A stretch of DNA of 64,000 bases from Haliotis cracherodii (taxonomy: Eukaryota), in contig NW_027266275.1 in NCBI RefSeq assembly GCF_022045235.1, positions 81,592,001-81,656,000 on the forward strand, read 5' to 3'. Positions 1-13,669 of this stretch are shown here, in pieces. The first letter of the stretch is position 1; each line of letters opens with the position of its first letter. The translations under genes were made by a program, and so were the position numbers. The notes beneath the pieces were generated by a model. That model had not been told where the DNA came from, made no database searches, and saw nothing but the letters and a program-made list of their open reading frames with translations.

Positions 1-387
1 TTAATTGCCCATTACATCATTACTGAGTTTTTCGGGTTTTAGGAATTGATATAATCACATTCGGAGTCAGATTTATGGTTATTCAGCAATGATGGTTTGG
101 CTTAAGAGTTTAGCATATTAAGTTCTGTTATTGGTATGTTGGCATCTATTGTGTATTGTCTTGGAAAGCCACTAGTGAGCAATACATCGCTGGAAATGCT
201 ACATGAGCTGAAAGGAAATTGTGTATAGAAGATAGAATTGTTGGGCTCCACCTTTCAGAGAAATGTACGGTATGTCTCGAAGCAGGCACCAAAGTATATA
301 TTCCCTCTTTTACCAAATCCCAGACCTCCTATGAACATTTAATGGTCAGTTCCTCAGCAAGGTAGTTCTCCTTTTAACACTAGACAA

Positions 388-945
388 CCTTGTGGGGATT
401 CCGGGGTAAAAAGGCCCTCAGCAACCTATGCTGGGTGTAAGGTGGAATGGGGTTTAACACTGCGCTTGTATAGCGACGTGCATGTATGTCTGCTTGTACA
501 AGTTCGAACTAATGCTGATTTTATAGTCCTAGTCCACTGAGAAACCAGTTTCACATGAATACCCCACTCAGACACAGTATACTGACTCCGAGCTGACCAG
601 TCCTTGTTTTAGCCCCTTGATCCTGAGTACCAGGCAGGGTAACAAGAAGTACCATCTTTTAATGTCTCTTGGTATGATGCGGCCGGGATCGAAACCTGGA
701 CCTTTTGCTCTCCGGGCAGACGCTCTGCCACTAGGCCACAGAAGCAGTTCCATGATGGTTGTCAGTGGCGACCAAATGTAGTGGGTGACCAGGCTCGGTG
801 ACTTGGTTGATTTCGTGTCATTGTAGCCGCATGATGTCAATCAATGGATTATCTGGCTCAGACTTGATTATTTACAGACTGTATCATATAGCTGGAATAT
901 TGCTGAGTGCAGTGTTAAAATACAACCATACAAAACAGACAAACT
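388..945 (+). mobile_element. SINE-like family C element split by the 442-740 insertion
   Basis: 5' part (388-441) and 3' part (752-945) match copies at 8507-8725 and 12512-12620; ends GCTGGAATATTGCTGAGTG..GTTAAA. Confidence 0.65.
442..740 (-). mobile_element. tRNA-derived SINE (Meta-core-like), inserted in a family C element
   Basis: Reverse complement has an A box (GTGGCCTAGTGG), a B box (GTTTCGATCCC) and core 'cataccaagagacattaaaagatggtac...ccctgcctggtactcag'. Related copy at 8780. Confidence 0.75.
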
Positions 946-3900
946 GCCTTGATGAGCCACTTGACTCCTTGAGAGTGTAATCCCTAAACAACCTGCCCAG
1001 TGTTTTAAGAGGAATCAAGGATTTCAAAGAATAAACGAAGAGCTGATGTAATTAATTCTGACAGGCAGTGAGGACACATTTAGTTCCCTTCCTCAAAGTA
1101 ACAAGGTCAAATACCTGAATAGTATAGAATTTCCAAGCTATGGCCACCAGTTCCCAAAGAGGAAGTGTGTTTATTTATATAAAGGACTGAAGCTCTAAGA
1201 TGGCGTGCTCCAAGGTCCCTGTAGGGGATGTTGTCTGTGATGAGGATGTTGTCCGTGATGGATGGGACCGGGGTCAGGATCAATGTGGCAATGATTCCTG
1301 GATACTGTCCTCCCCCTGCCTCCAATCCAGAAAAGATCCATGTTGGAGGAAGTGCGCAGTAATTTCCGAAATCGATTATCGTCTGTATTATGTCATTCTG
1401 TCATTCAGACAGTCTGAGAAACAGCTTGTCACGTTATTACTATGTGGTAGGACATTAGCGTTAATAAATAGTTGCTGAACGTAGAATGGAGACAAGTATG
1501 TGTTCTTTGTGAGTTAGATATTAATTGTAAGAGCTTAAGGGCTTAAATTTATTTAAATGTTACGATGAAATGTATATTTTGAATAATAAACAAAATACAG
1601 CTGAAGACAAATTTGCTTTTACAGTAGAATTACGAGCAAACTAAACACATTTTTGACAAGGGGGAAAAAAAAGATTGAAATTCTTCTAAACGCAAGGCTT
1701 GTTGCTAAGTGTCGATGCATAAGTTTACCAGCTAAGGTTAATCCTTTCTTCAGGCTGACAGGAAGTTCCTACTTTTGTGCTGTACTAACAGTAACAAAAA
1801 CATCAGAAAAATGAATTTGCAACAAAAATATTTGTGCACAGATACAATATGCCATATATAAGTGATAGATATTAATTTGTCTCTCACCTGTTATGCAAGA
1901 GCACTTCCTCCCCTGAGCTGATAATGGACTGGTCTAGATTGCCTTCAGTAATGAGATCAACCAGTACAACAACTGCACACTTGATGTCAGACTCAGACCA
2001 ACCTGATAACTAACGTTGAGCAGGCTTAGGCGATTTGTCAACCTGTCCTGGGTCAGAGGTCAGGGGAACGTAACTGCATGCTCGTAACCTTGAATTTAGG
2101 AAATCCAGCTAGTTATAAGCACTCGTGAGAAGACTGTTGGTATAGGTGGAGGAGTACCACTAGTATGGGGGTTGCAGGATTACACACAAGGTAATGGAGG
2201 CGATACTGATTACTGTGAACTAGATGGTGACCATGAATGGTGTAGGTAACTTACTGCTGAGATTGGTAATGGCGTGATTGATACGGATGTTATATTGATA
2301 CTGGTATTGGTGACATTGATGATGGACGTGATTGATATCAGTGTTGGTTATGATGGACACAGCCCGTCAAGCTCTGCTTACTGTTTAACGAGGAGCCTGT
2401 TGGCTGAAATCTTGGTGTCGGCACAGTTAATTATTTGTAACCACAGACTCGAAGCATTACAAACAGACAGGACCTGTGTATTGCTTCAGAATGTGTGTCT
2501 CCTGAAAAATATGCTCTGAAATTTTGTGTACACATCAGCAAAATCTTTTATTACATAATACTCCAGGAACCTTGACACATTTTACGACAAAAGATAGTGA
2601 AAGGTTAATGTGCTTTAGAAGTCTTTCTGATCAAGAAGAGACCTACTCATGCAGATTACACAACCAGGATTTGCTGACTGTGAAAAATTATACAGCTCCT
2701 CCCACCAAGCAGTGTGCAGAGTTTGTGACGGTGGAGATATGTACATGTTGCTACACCTCCTGAAATGCTTTGATTTCAAATTATGTATTTAAAAATTGAA
2801 TTACTGTGAGTCATGGGTAGCAGTCTGCTCAGCAGGACAATGCTTGTTTGTTGCGTTGACTTTCAAGCCATTGCAGGTATCATGCAGTTAGATTTGAATT
2901 CTGATAAACTCGATTCCCTCAACCCCAAGTTTCAGCAATTGGAAAAGCAGTTATGCCATGTATGTGATAGGATTAAGTGTTGAATATATGACTCATCTTC
3001 TGGGGAAATATAGACCATAACTGCCACACAAGTGTGCTTTATTCACAGACTGATGGCCTCAGGACCTGCAGATCGTAGTGAAAGGTTGCAGGGTCAGTTT
3101 GTGTAGCCCAGGGGTATGGGAGGTGTGAACCTATGGGGGTGTTGTTGTTTTGTTTTTATTGGGGGGAACCGGGTCTGGGGGGTAGGTTTTACGAGTGAAT
3201 TTGGGAGTTGGTGAGTTGTGTTTAAGTGATGTATGTTGAAGCCCAATCTTATGAGACATGTTGTGGTGACAGACAGGTTGGGATGGGGAGGGAAGGGGAT
3301 AAGTGTTTTTGAGATAATTTCTCTCTATTTTTATGTTCTATTTTTTTTAAATGTTTATTTATATATTTTTTAGGGGTGGGGGAGACTAGGTGGGAGGCTG
3401 AGGGGGGTGGAGTAGTCTAGGTGGGATGTGGTATTGAGACTAGAGGTGGGAGGTTTTAAATCTATGCTGCGACATAGCTAGTTGTCATTGAGCTATATTG
3501 TTAAACATTTTTATGTGCCCGGTTTCCAGGCTCTTTAGGGGTCCTGAGGCCTGCTGTAATCAGTGGGTAGTGCTGTAACGGGGCAAATTGGCAGGTACTG
3601 ATGTAGGCTGATGAATGCCTGTCTCAGAGGGGGGCGGTGCAGCCATAGTAAGGGGATGTCTGTGGCTGGAAAAGTATGAAGTGAAAATTTTTTAACCTAG
3701 CTTTCCTCTTAGCAAACCTCAACTAGACTAATAGCAATATTTTATGCAAATCAATTTTGTTTTTGAATAAACAGTATCAATTGTTCCTGAGCTTTTTATA
3801 TCATCTGAAAGAATGAGATACAGGTACATTTGTTCATGGAAAGTTATGATAATTTTGAAGTATTTGAAGTTTTGAAGCCAAAATGTTGTCCAGAGATATT

Positions 3901-6900
3901 CTAATTCTTACAACAATATAATTATGCTAACAACAATATAAATATGCTTACAACAATATTATATTGCTTATCCCCATGCCTGTCATAATTGGTTCTAGAT
4001 AAGAAAACTTTGTCAAAATATTTCTCTAGGGTGCCTTAAGTGGATACAGTTGTTTTCATAGGGACTTATGTCTACCTTAATCCAGGCCTAGTTGTGTTGA
4101 CTTACAATAGGTAAACAAAACAATCTGCATTGTTCTTGTAAAGGCAGACAGGCCACTCTAGGAAGAAGGTGGGGGGAGGTAAAAAGTAATGGACTGATCC
4201 AAAATAGGGGTGACCAGGTAATAATGTCAGAGTGAGGGATTCCTATCACTGCAAGCATTGATTACATTCCTGTGCCGCACATGTTCACTGGCTGAATTTG
4301 CACCAACCTGAGAAGTCTGTCTTAGTCACTGTGCTGCTCAGCCATCTTCAGTCCCGGAGCTGTAGAAAGACAGGCAGCAGCTACAGATGGTCTGGCTACT
4401 CCTCTCTCCAGTCCAGAAGGCAGCAGTCAGGTGGTCAGTCTAGCTGGTTTGGAGCCGTTTCAGTGCTGTCCGACTGTAGAGGTGATAAGTCTAGTGGGGA
4501 GACTGGGTTTCCAGCAGAAGTGAAGAGCTCCACCATAGAAAACCTGGTTGTTCAGGGTTTAGAGGGTCTACCATCTTGCACCATCGATTCTTCCATCAAA
4601 CTGCAACATGATAATTGAAGAGAGGTATTTATGGTCCATGGTTGACGCTGTCCTCCACTGCGATGTTGTTGTGGAGAGTGCATGTGAGATGTAGACATGC
4701 ATATACCTAGGATTAGATCTACTGTGTTCAGATGCCATTGTTTGGCCATGCATTCTTGTAATGGTTTTCTCCAAGGGGCAACCCTTGTTATTTTATATGT
4801 GCCATTCATTTCCCAATTCAAATCATTTGAAAATACTTAAAATGCTTGTTGGATAGAGGAATTATTGCTTAAATTCCTGTTGCCAATGTGTCTGATAATG
4901 CATGCCCCAGATGTCAGAAGCAGACGACAAATGCCTGATCATGCATGCCCTGGCTGTTGGAAGCAGACGACAGATTCATTGGACTTGTTACGTGAAGTGA
5001 TGCAATGAATTACATCACATCTGATTCTGCCTTCAGAGTGTAATCATACATAACGTTGTTTGATCACAGCGTGTGTGGAAACATGGATACTTTATCAATA
5101 CGTGTTGAGGCCAGGTTTTAACCTCATGGAGTGATGTCTTGTCAGTATAAACATTAGGGCAAGTGTTACATTCAAGGGAAGAGTCTGAATGCTAATGCAA
5201 TGTTCAAAAGGTAAACAGAGAGAGACTTTAGTCATGTTGCATGACTTTATGGTGATGTGTAATGCAAGGCTGGCTGAATTTACCGCCGTCTTCTGCTTAG
5301 GATATTGATAAGATGGATTTTCAGTGAAAAGTATCCAGGAAATAATCTTCGTCTTTTGTCATCTGCATGTTGTATTAGTAAGGTGGATTTTCAGTGAAAA
5401 GTGTGTTCGAAAGTGTTTGAGATGTCTGCTTGTCGTATCAGTGAAGTGGATTTGTCGATAAACATCTCAAGAGGAATTTGATGAATTCCTCATCAAGATG
5501 TGGAATTTATGTTACTGTGCTGGAAACCTCCTTAACGGTGTGTCGATTCCGTTAGCTATCTCAGACCGATTCCGTTAGCTATCTTAGACCGATTCCGTCT
5601 GCAGTGAGTGTAGGGAGAACAATGTCAACATGACCCAACCTGTATTGATTTGATCGACTCCATTATCGATAACTACCGAGAAATAATTAGCTGCTGAATG
5701 CCGTCATTGGAGACATGGCCGTGCAAACACTGTCTCCAGTAAGGATTTGACCAAATGGGAAATCCACTGGAAGGAAGCTGAAAAGGTTGCAACACTTAAG
5801 AAATGTCATATTATCTTTTCTTCTGTGGGGACAGCCATCTGGGATTGAAATTTAGGAAGTCTGAGTTTTAGTACTGGTGTTCTTTGGACTGCATATATGG
5901 ATTTCAGCCACAGTGATTGAATTAGCACGCTGAATGTGTTTGTTTGTTTTCTGTATGTGATGGAGGAGTGGGTGTGTTGGTATGGAGCTTTCTCTTGTAT
6001 GCGACGTAGTCAAATTGCCTTCTCTCTTGGGGAATTAAATGTCAGACCTGTAATCGCAGGAAGATGTGATAGTCTTTGAATTTCATTTACATAACATCCA
6101 AACCATCGACAGGTTTCACGGCTTCTCCAGGGTTCCTTGTTTATGCTTCAGAAACATTAAACATTGTTTTGGTCACAGGAAAATTCAGTTAAATTTAATC
6201 ATTTATGGTGAATATATATTCAGATTGACTCTCTAGAAATAAAGTTGACTTGGCCAACTGTAAAACTTCTCTAGAAACAAATTTGATTCGGCCGACTGTG
6301 GAAACTCTCTACTAATAAAATAAAAATTTGACTCAGCCGACTGTAGGAACTCTCTAGAAATAAGGTACAAATTTGACTCAGCCAACGATAGGAGGAAAGT
6401 GCAAATATGTGCTCGGCATGAATGTACTTACGCAAATGCATTTTGTCTACGTTGTGTTATGCAGTTTTGTCAGCCATGTTTCAGGTACAAGGTGACAAGC
6501 TTGATTAAAACGACATGAGACAATATTTAAGCGTTGCTGCACAGGTGCTGAATGCCATGTTGTGACACACACGACCTGCACTTGTGAAAATGTTGATGCA
6601 CATGCCTGTCTGCACATTCTCCAAGTGTCCTTCAGCAACTCCATTAGACTGCACCTGTCCCTGTTCAGCAGGATTTATGGGAAATATTCTAATCTGATAC
6701 GTGTATGGACCTATTTCATAAGGGACCCCAAATGGCAATGTTTGCTTAGCTTTTATTGCCACTAATGCTTGTAGAAGTCAACTGCAATTACTCCAGAATA
6801 TTTATTCATTCTAGACTTGCTCGGTCTCCATAGGTTTTTTGTTTTCTTCAGTAGATAGTGAGATAGGGTTGCTATCAAGTTATTAATTAGTTAGTGTTTG

Positions 6901-7199
6901 TATATTATTCCACTGAACTTCTGATGGGGATGATCAATATGTCATTCTATTTAAATAAACACTTCACATATGATGGAAATCAGTTTTGTGTATCATGGAA
7001 AGATAAAGTATCCCCATCAGAAGTGGAACAGCATATTTATTTCTGCCATGTTGGCAAGTGAACACACATTTGTATAATGTGATAAACTATAAATGTTTTT
7101 GATATTGTTCAAATCAGACATGCAGAGCAAGGAAAAATATGCCAGTAGAGTTTTCGTGTCAGTGTGAAGATGTTTGCATTTCTTTCTGTTTGTTTCCAG

Positions 7200-7424
7200 T
7201 TTCTTGATCAGCTTCATGGTGGATGCTCGTGGCGGCGCCATGCGAGGATGTCGTCATTCTGGAGTACGGATAATTATTCCACCCCGCAAGGCCTCCATGC
7301 CCACCCGGGTTACTTGCCGTCTGCTGAAGAAGGAGAAGCTGATGCACCCACCTTCGCTCAATGAAGGTGAAGGTCTCGCTGCAAGGATTCTTGAGATGGG
7401 CCCTGTTGCCACTAAGTTCTTGGG
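7200..7424 (+). CDS. ANK2: Ankyrin exon: N-terminal part of ZU5-A (spectrin-binding) domain
   Basis: tttccAG acceptor, GG|GTAAGT donor (phase 2-2). Encodes [28 protein letters not shown]...[15 protein letters not shown], the conserved ankyrin ZU5 with the DARGG motif. The symbol denotes an ankyrin-2-like/unc-44 orthologue. Confidence 0.96.
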
Positions 7425-7482
7425 GTAAGTGGTTTGTTTACAAATTAGCATAGATATTTTATAACTGTGTTCATCACCATAG

Positions 7483-7630
7483 TTGAGTTAGTGAGGGAGT
7501 TGGATTTAACAGTATTCCAGTTATATCATGGCGTGTCAGCTTATTGTGGGAGGAAAGCCCGAAGTGATGCAGGTCTCAGACGTTTACCACTTCGGTGAAA
7601 CCCACAAGCACGGGTATAGTGCTGACAAAC
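7483..7630 (-). mobile_element. SINE family B (antisense copy)
   Basis: Reverse complement closely matches 27157-27282 and 26180-26270. Confidence 0.8.
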
Positions 7631-8506
7631 TGTTCAACAATAAAATCACAAACAAGCATGACCACCCAATCCATTTAGTCACCTTTAGACAATCAAAGCG
7701 AAGTTGCTGCAGAGCTATTTTCTTACCCAGAATCCCCAGGGTGAACCCAGTCAGGGTTACTGCAGACTAATTAACGTAATCCTAGTGAAAGTGCCTTCAT
7801 TGATATAGACAACGGTTCAAGCTATACATGATTATATGTACCAGTTGTGAAGATAATACACAGCAAAGTCTCACCACCATGTAGGCAAGTGAGTTGGTAT
7901 GTTGGCTTACAATCTACCACTAAACAAGTTACACACGACTCCATAAATAGTTCAACAGTATGGCGATACAGTATTTTGTCCCGATACAACCCTTGATACA
8001 ATGTATCAATTTACTGTCCCTGTATCGCGATACATGTGATTCCTTACATTACAAATTGTATTGATGTGAAACAAGTGAATAATAACAGAGGCTGTTCAAC
8101 AACCAGTTTACACAGATTCTCTAGTATTTCCCTGTTGGCTATAAATAGCTTAACATTCACAGTGCCCTCCAGCCTATATTATTCTGCCCTACAATGTCCC
8201 ATCTTCGATCTCTGAAACATAAAAACAAATGATAAAGGGTTGTGATTCACCTGCAAATTGAAAGAATATCGTACTATTGAAATAAATATACTGTATTTTG
8301 GGATGTGGACCCCAGCATTTCGTTAACCTCTAGACACCACTGACATCACAGCAACTCTTTCTGGTTTTTCTGAGAGACACCCACCTACAGCAGGTGATTG
8401 GCAAACCAACTGGAGAGGTAATTGAGGGGACGATACAAGAAAATAGCACGCACACCTTGTGCAGCTGAAGGAAGTGCCTTTCTAACACCCCTCTTTCTCT
8501 GTCACG

Positions 8507-8725
8507 TCCATGAAGATCTGGCATAGAATAGCATACTTGCCAGAAAAGGCAACTTTGCTTGTCGTAAGAGGCAACTAACGAAAACGGGTGGTCAGGCTCA
8601 CCCAATTGCATGGATCGATGCCCATGATGTCAATCACTGGATTGTCTGGTCCAGACTCAGTTATTTACTGACTACCTTCATATAGCTGGAATATTGCTGA
8701 GTGAGGCATTAAACAACAAACAAAG
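8507..8725 (+). mobile_element. SINE-like family C
   Basis: gcttgtcgtaagaggcaactaac..gggtggtcaggctc..ctggattgtctggtccagactc..GCTGGAATATTGCTGAG tail. Confidence 0.7.
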
Positions 8726-8779
8726 GAAAAATGTCATGTCAGCCAAGATAGGAGAAACGAGTGCTTTGACACGTGTGCA

Positions 8780-8948
8780 GTCACAGAAGGTCGGGGTTCG
8801 ATCCCTGGCCAAGTCACACCAAGATGATAACAAATATTACTTATTGTAAGCCCTGCCTGGCGCTCAGCATTAAAGGGATAAAACAAGGACTGGTCGGCTC
8901 AGAGTCCCTGTACTGTGAAGGGTATTAGTGTTGAACTGCGGACTTCGA
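8780..8948 (+). mobile_element. tRNA-derived SINE (same family as 442-740), runs into gap
   Basis: GGTTCGATCCC B box; 'ccctgcctggcgctcagcattaaaggg..aaaacaaggactggtcggctc' core. Confidence 0.7.
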
Positions 8949-9177
8949 NNNNNNNNNNNNNNNNNNNNNNNNNNNNNNNNNNNNNNNNNNNNNNNNNNNN
9001 NNNNNNNNNNNNNNNNNNNNNNNNNNNNNNNNNNNNNNNNNNNNNNNNNNNNNNNNNNNNNNNNNNNNNNNNNNNNNNNNNNNNNNNNNNNNNNNNNNNN
9101 NNNNNNNNNNNNNNNNNNNNNNNNNNNNNNNNNNNNNNNNNNNNNNNNNNNNNNNNNNNNNNNNNNNNNNNNNNNNN
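8949..9177. other. Assembly gap (229 N)
   Basis: Run of N. Confidence 1.
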
Positions 9178-9246
9178 CAGTGCAGTAATCTTGACTGTGA
9201 TGTTAGACCTCACCTCACCTCACCTCACCTCACCTCACCTCTCCTT

Positions 9247-9410
9247 GGGGGCGGTCGGGTAGCCTAGTGGTTGAAGCGTTCACATGTCACGCCGAAGACC
9301 TGGGTTCGATTCCCCACTGGTACAATGTGTGAAGCCCATTTCTGGTGTTCCCCGCAGTATATTGCTGGAATATTGCTAAAAGCGGCGTAAAACCTCTCTC
9401 ACTCACACAC
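9247..9410 (+). mobile_element. tRNA-derived SINE family A, full length
   Basis: A box GGTAGCCTAGTGGTT, B box GGTTCGATTCCC, 'gtacaatgtgtgaagcccatttctggtg', tail GCTGGAATATTGCTAAAAGCGGCGTAAAAC. Confidence 0.85.
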
Positions 9411-10227
9411 CTCTTCTTGACATTGATGAAAATGATAAAAAGATTATTCTACCAAAATGTCTCCATAGGCCATTCCTCAGACAAATGATAAACCCATCAC
9501 CAAGGTAAACTTGAGTTTTGATAGGAAGAGACAGATGTGTCAGTTAATTTACTTACACATGACATATCATGAGAATCAGTCTTGTGTCTCATGGAAAGAT
9601 GAAATGTCCCTATGAAAAGTGGAATAGTACATATCGCTATGTTATCAAACTAGGTTATCACTGACTCACAAAGACTTACAGCAAGCCAGTGTTCTCTAAC
9701 CAGTTTCATGTTGTAGTGTTTGTCGGAATGACGAGCACTTGTGACCCAGTCCATGCATCATGACATTAAACAACTACATGTTGTATTCTATTCCAAGCTT
9801 CAACTGTCATTTATGACTGCATAATGGCCGTTGATGCTAACAAAATGCAGTTAAATCAGGAAAATGACAGTGATTACTGAAAGTTTATTGGGATGTCAAA
9901 ACTGGTTACATCTCCTGTGGAGACGTGTTGTATAAAATTTTGATAATGAGGCAGCGAGACAAATTTGAATTGCTGTATTAAGCAGAGAGACACCATCACT
10001 TGTATCAAGTCTCATCGTACCATGTCAGTTTTAATTATGGAAATAGTCTGGGTTTTTTTGCAGTTTGTAATGAAATCAAAGGAACATTCCAACTGTTCTT
10101 TGTCAGGCAGTGAATGTCAAATAGCAGTTTGATAGAATGTCATCCTTTGTAATCTGTTTCATTATTACTGGTACTCCATATTACGAATTACTGGTATCTT
10201 TGAAAATATTACATGTATCTATAAAAG

Positions 10228-10409
10228 GGTCACGGGTGGCCAGTCGTCTAAGAGTTGTGGGTTCGAATCCAGCTTGGATAATGTTTCTAGGTTTGTCTGT
10301 CACGCAGACATGCTGGAATACTGTTCAAGACGGCTTTAAACCCAACTCACTCACTCACTCACTCACTCACTCACTCACTCACTCACTCACTCACTCACTC
10401 ACTCACTCA
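10228..10409 (+). mobile_element. SINE family B (internally deleted) with (ACTC)n tail
   Basis: GGTTCGAATCC, 'atgtttctaggtttgtc', tail and ACTC microsatellite. Confidence 0.7.
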
Positions 10410-11029
10410 CATGAACACACATGAAATATCGCCTTTTTCCCACTTAGCAAATATGGATGTACTTTTGTGAGGAAAGTTTGACAATGTAATGCTCGTTTCA
10501 TTGCCTCATTCAAGATCATGTTCACTGAATAATGGCTTTGTACAGCCGTTACTTTACACAAGCTTAAAGAGAGGTCATCTGTGAAGCTCTCCTGTCGCCA
10601 GTTGTTCAAGTCAAGATGTGACCGTGAATAGTTCATGTAGATGTTGTTGCCGAGAGCATTGAAGACAATTTAGACAGGTTTGGACCTAACACAAGATATC
10701 TTATCGGTTAAATAAGCATGCTATTTTAGGTCATTGACAGATTTGTTTCAAAATGTTGCAAAGCAGTTTGTTAGAATAGGTAATGAGTACAGAAAAGTTA
10801 TTAAATAAATATGTCATGGAAATGTCCTAATATTAAAAAGATGTTTATCCACTCATTGGTCAAACCAATACCCAACTGACTGGACCAAGGGAGTAAAAGT
10901 ATATTGAATACCCAAAGAAAACTGTCACTACCCAGAGTGAACGGCAGCATGTGGGTAGATACTCTGTGGCTCTGAAGTATTCGGATGCCTGATCAGACAA
11001 AGTTACAATTATAGGTGCAAATAGTTTGA

Positions 11030-11385
11030 CATTTGACAAGAAATTTACCAAACATTTAACAGCCAAGTTATCAAACACTTGAAAGCTAAATTCCCAAGCA
11101 TTTCACAGTGAAATTATCAAACACTTGAAAGCTAAATTACCAAGCATTTAACAGCGAAAATTATCATGCACTTGGAAGCTTGCTTACCAAAAATTTAACA
11201 GCAGAATTATCAAATACTTGAAAGCTAACTTACCAAGCATTTAACAACTAAATTATCAAACACTTAAAAGCTAAATTCCCAAGCATTTAACAACTAAATT
11301 ATCAAACACTTAAAACCTAAATTCCCAAGCATTTAACAGCTTAGTTATCAAACATTTGACGGGCACATTGCCAAATATTTGACAC
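11030..11385. repeat. 46-bp minisatellite, about 7 copies
   Basis: ttatcaaacacttgaaagctaaattcccaagcatttaacag at 11068, 11114 and onward. Confidence 0.85.
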
Positions 11386-11516
11386 GTGGTAAGGTATGGA
11401 CCATGTGATATTCTTGATACTCTTGATTGTCCTGAAAAAAATGTGTTTTGGGGGAAAACCAATTGTTGGCTCCTTTTAAGTGACTTTGCTTTGAATAGTG
11501 ACATTAAAATTGTCAC

Positions 11517-11607
11517 TGGGCTTCACACATTGTACCCATTAGGGGAATAAAACCCAGTTCTTTGGTGTGACGAGTGAACGCTTAAACCACTAGGCTACCC
11601 CACAGCC
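11517..11607 (-). mobile_element. SINE family A, 5' part, antisense
   Basis: Reverse complement of the 9247 element head. Confidence 0.75.
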
Positions 11608-11940
11608 ACTACACTTGGAAGTAAATATGAAGAAATACACATCCCAATAATAGTTTGCGACAGGTTGAAATAGACACAGCTCCATGATGCAGCAAGGTCA
11701 AGTGGCTTGTGTATAGACTAAGCCAGGCCTCCGTGTCTCCCTGTCAATCATAATGGCCATATAAACTGTTCATGACAACTGATGCACCCCCTTCTATTTG
11801 AGACTGATCAGGACATATTTCAACTTGCAATGGCAACCATGAGCTGGTGTTACTGAGTGATGTGTGGGGTGAAATGTTGAAACGTTGTCAGTTGGTACAG
11901 GGTATGGTGTGTGTGTGGACTGCATGGGGGGGGGGAGGAG

Positions 11941-12115
11941 GAAATAAGCAGGTCGGAGGCTGTAGATAACAGTGTTGGTTGGTCAGGACAGGTGATGGCT
12001 CCAGGGTGTGAAATAAGCAGGTCGGAGGCTGTAGATAACAGGATTGGTTGGTCAGGACAGGTGATGACTCCAGGGTGTGAAAAAAGCAGGTCGGAGGCTG
12101 TAGATAACAGGGATG
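11941..12115. repeat. 69-bp tandem repeat, about 2.5 copies
   Basis: gaaataagcaggtcggaggctgtagataacag at 11941, 12010, 12079. Confidence 0.85.
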
Positions 12116-12871
12116 TGACACCGGCTCTCTGTCAGGTCTGGCTAGCTGATGTACCACACACACATATGAGTCAGCGTCATAGCATGGAGACAGTATGGAA
12201 ACAACATAGATGTGACAGTGTTTACAGATTCCCTAAATAACTACAATATTTCTCTAAATCCATGCTATATTTAATTTTGATGAGACCATTGTGTTTATTT
12301 ACTATTATCTGGTAATAAGATAAATTTTAAACTGAGCCCAAAACAGTCAATTCTCTTCCTATGTAATTTCTTTTGCTATATTTAATTTTGATGAGACTAT
12401 TGTGTTTATTTACTTTCTAGTAATGGAATAAAGTTTAAACTGAGCTAAAAACAGTCAGTTCCCTTCCTATGTTATTTCTTATGATTCATGCTGTATTGAC
12501 ATTTTGATGCCTCGTGAAGATTCGGGTTAGAATTGACCTTCAGCAACCTATGCTTGTTGTAAGAGATGGCCATCAGGCCATGTAGCTGGAATATTGCTGA
12601 GTGCGACACTAACCAAGAGAAACGTTTTGATGGTTATTGAATGATATGTACACAGGAAAATCATGAAACTGATAAATGTTACGCATTCAGGATCTGGTGT
12701 TTAAAAGTTATTGATTACATGGACTGTTAGAGTTGTTAGGGAAACAAAATGTTTCATATAATGATTTCCAGTAAAGCTCCTAAATTGCGTGTGTAAAATT
12801 TTGATTTAAATCTGGATTATGAAAACTATTGCTGTTATCTGTAAGTATGTTGCAAGTATTTCAAATGATGA

Positions 12872-13042
12872 GGGCAGTAGGGTAGCATAGTGTTTGAAGA
12901 GTTCACTTGTCACCAAAAGACATGGTTTGGGTTCAATTCACACAAGGGTAAAATGTGTTAAGTACGTTTCTGGAATCCCTGCTATTAATTTGCTGCAATG
13001 TTGCTAAAAGCAGCTTCAAACCTTATTTACTCACTCATTCAC
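12872..13042 (+). mobile_element. SINE family A, diverged
   Basis: Colinear with 9247-9410. Confidence 0.7.
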
Positions 13043-13669
13043 TTCAAATGATGCCTTGTCAGACAGTTACTTTAATGCAGGTTAACTGACATAGGTTTGT
13101 TTTACACTGTAACGAAGGTAATCAATGCAAAAATATGCTATTGACCGTGTATGTTTATCTTGATGTCTATTGTCTTCTAGTTGATGTTCGACATTTGACA
13201 TAAGGAATACGCTAACAACCATTGTAATTGGATCATTGGCATGTAGTCTGTTACACTTCCTGTATAAAAAGTCTGAGATCAAAGGCTGATGATTTAAACA
13301 TACAAATATCCTTCCTACTAAACGCTGAGGTCAATTCTTGATCAGGTTTTCAGATGATGCGTCTCTTCAGCTCCCTGCTTATGTCTAAAAATAAGTACAA
13401 ACATGAGTGGCAGCCATTTCTTGTGTTTTGAATGTAAATGATACTGTGATGAAACAAGGGTGATATTGTCTGATAAGCACTATGTCTTTTGGGTTAACCT
13501 TTATACCGGCACACCAACAGGCGTTAATACACTCTTGACCTGACGCCAGGTCGCCATTATATGTTGCCGTTGACTTTGATTTATCAAAATATTATTCTGA
13601 CATTAAATTAGCCTCAGATGTGTTTAAAAATGATGTTGTTCAGGCATGTGTACACTGCTTAGTCAATTC

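Noticed and set aside
4298-4821. GC-richer stretch with ORFs on both strands
   Set aside because: No recognisable protein motif or phase-2 exon; probably an old TE remnant.
8899-9262. ORFs containing X runs
   Set aside because: Artefacts of the N gap.
9247-9320. tRNA-like sequence with A and B boxes
   Set aside because: SINE head continuing into a repeated body and tail; not a tRNA gene.
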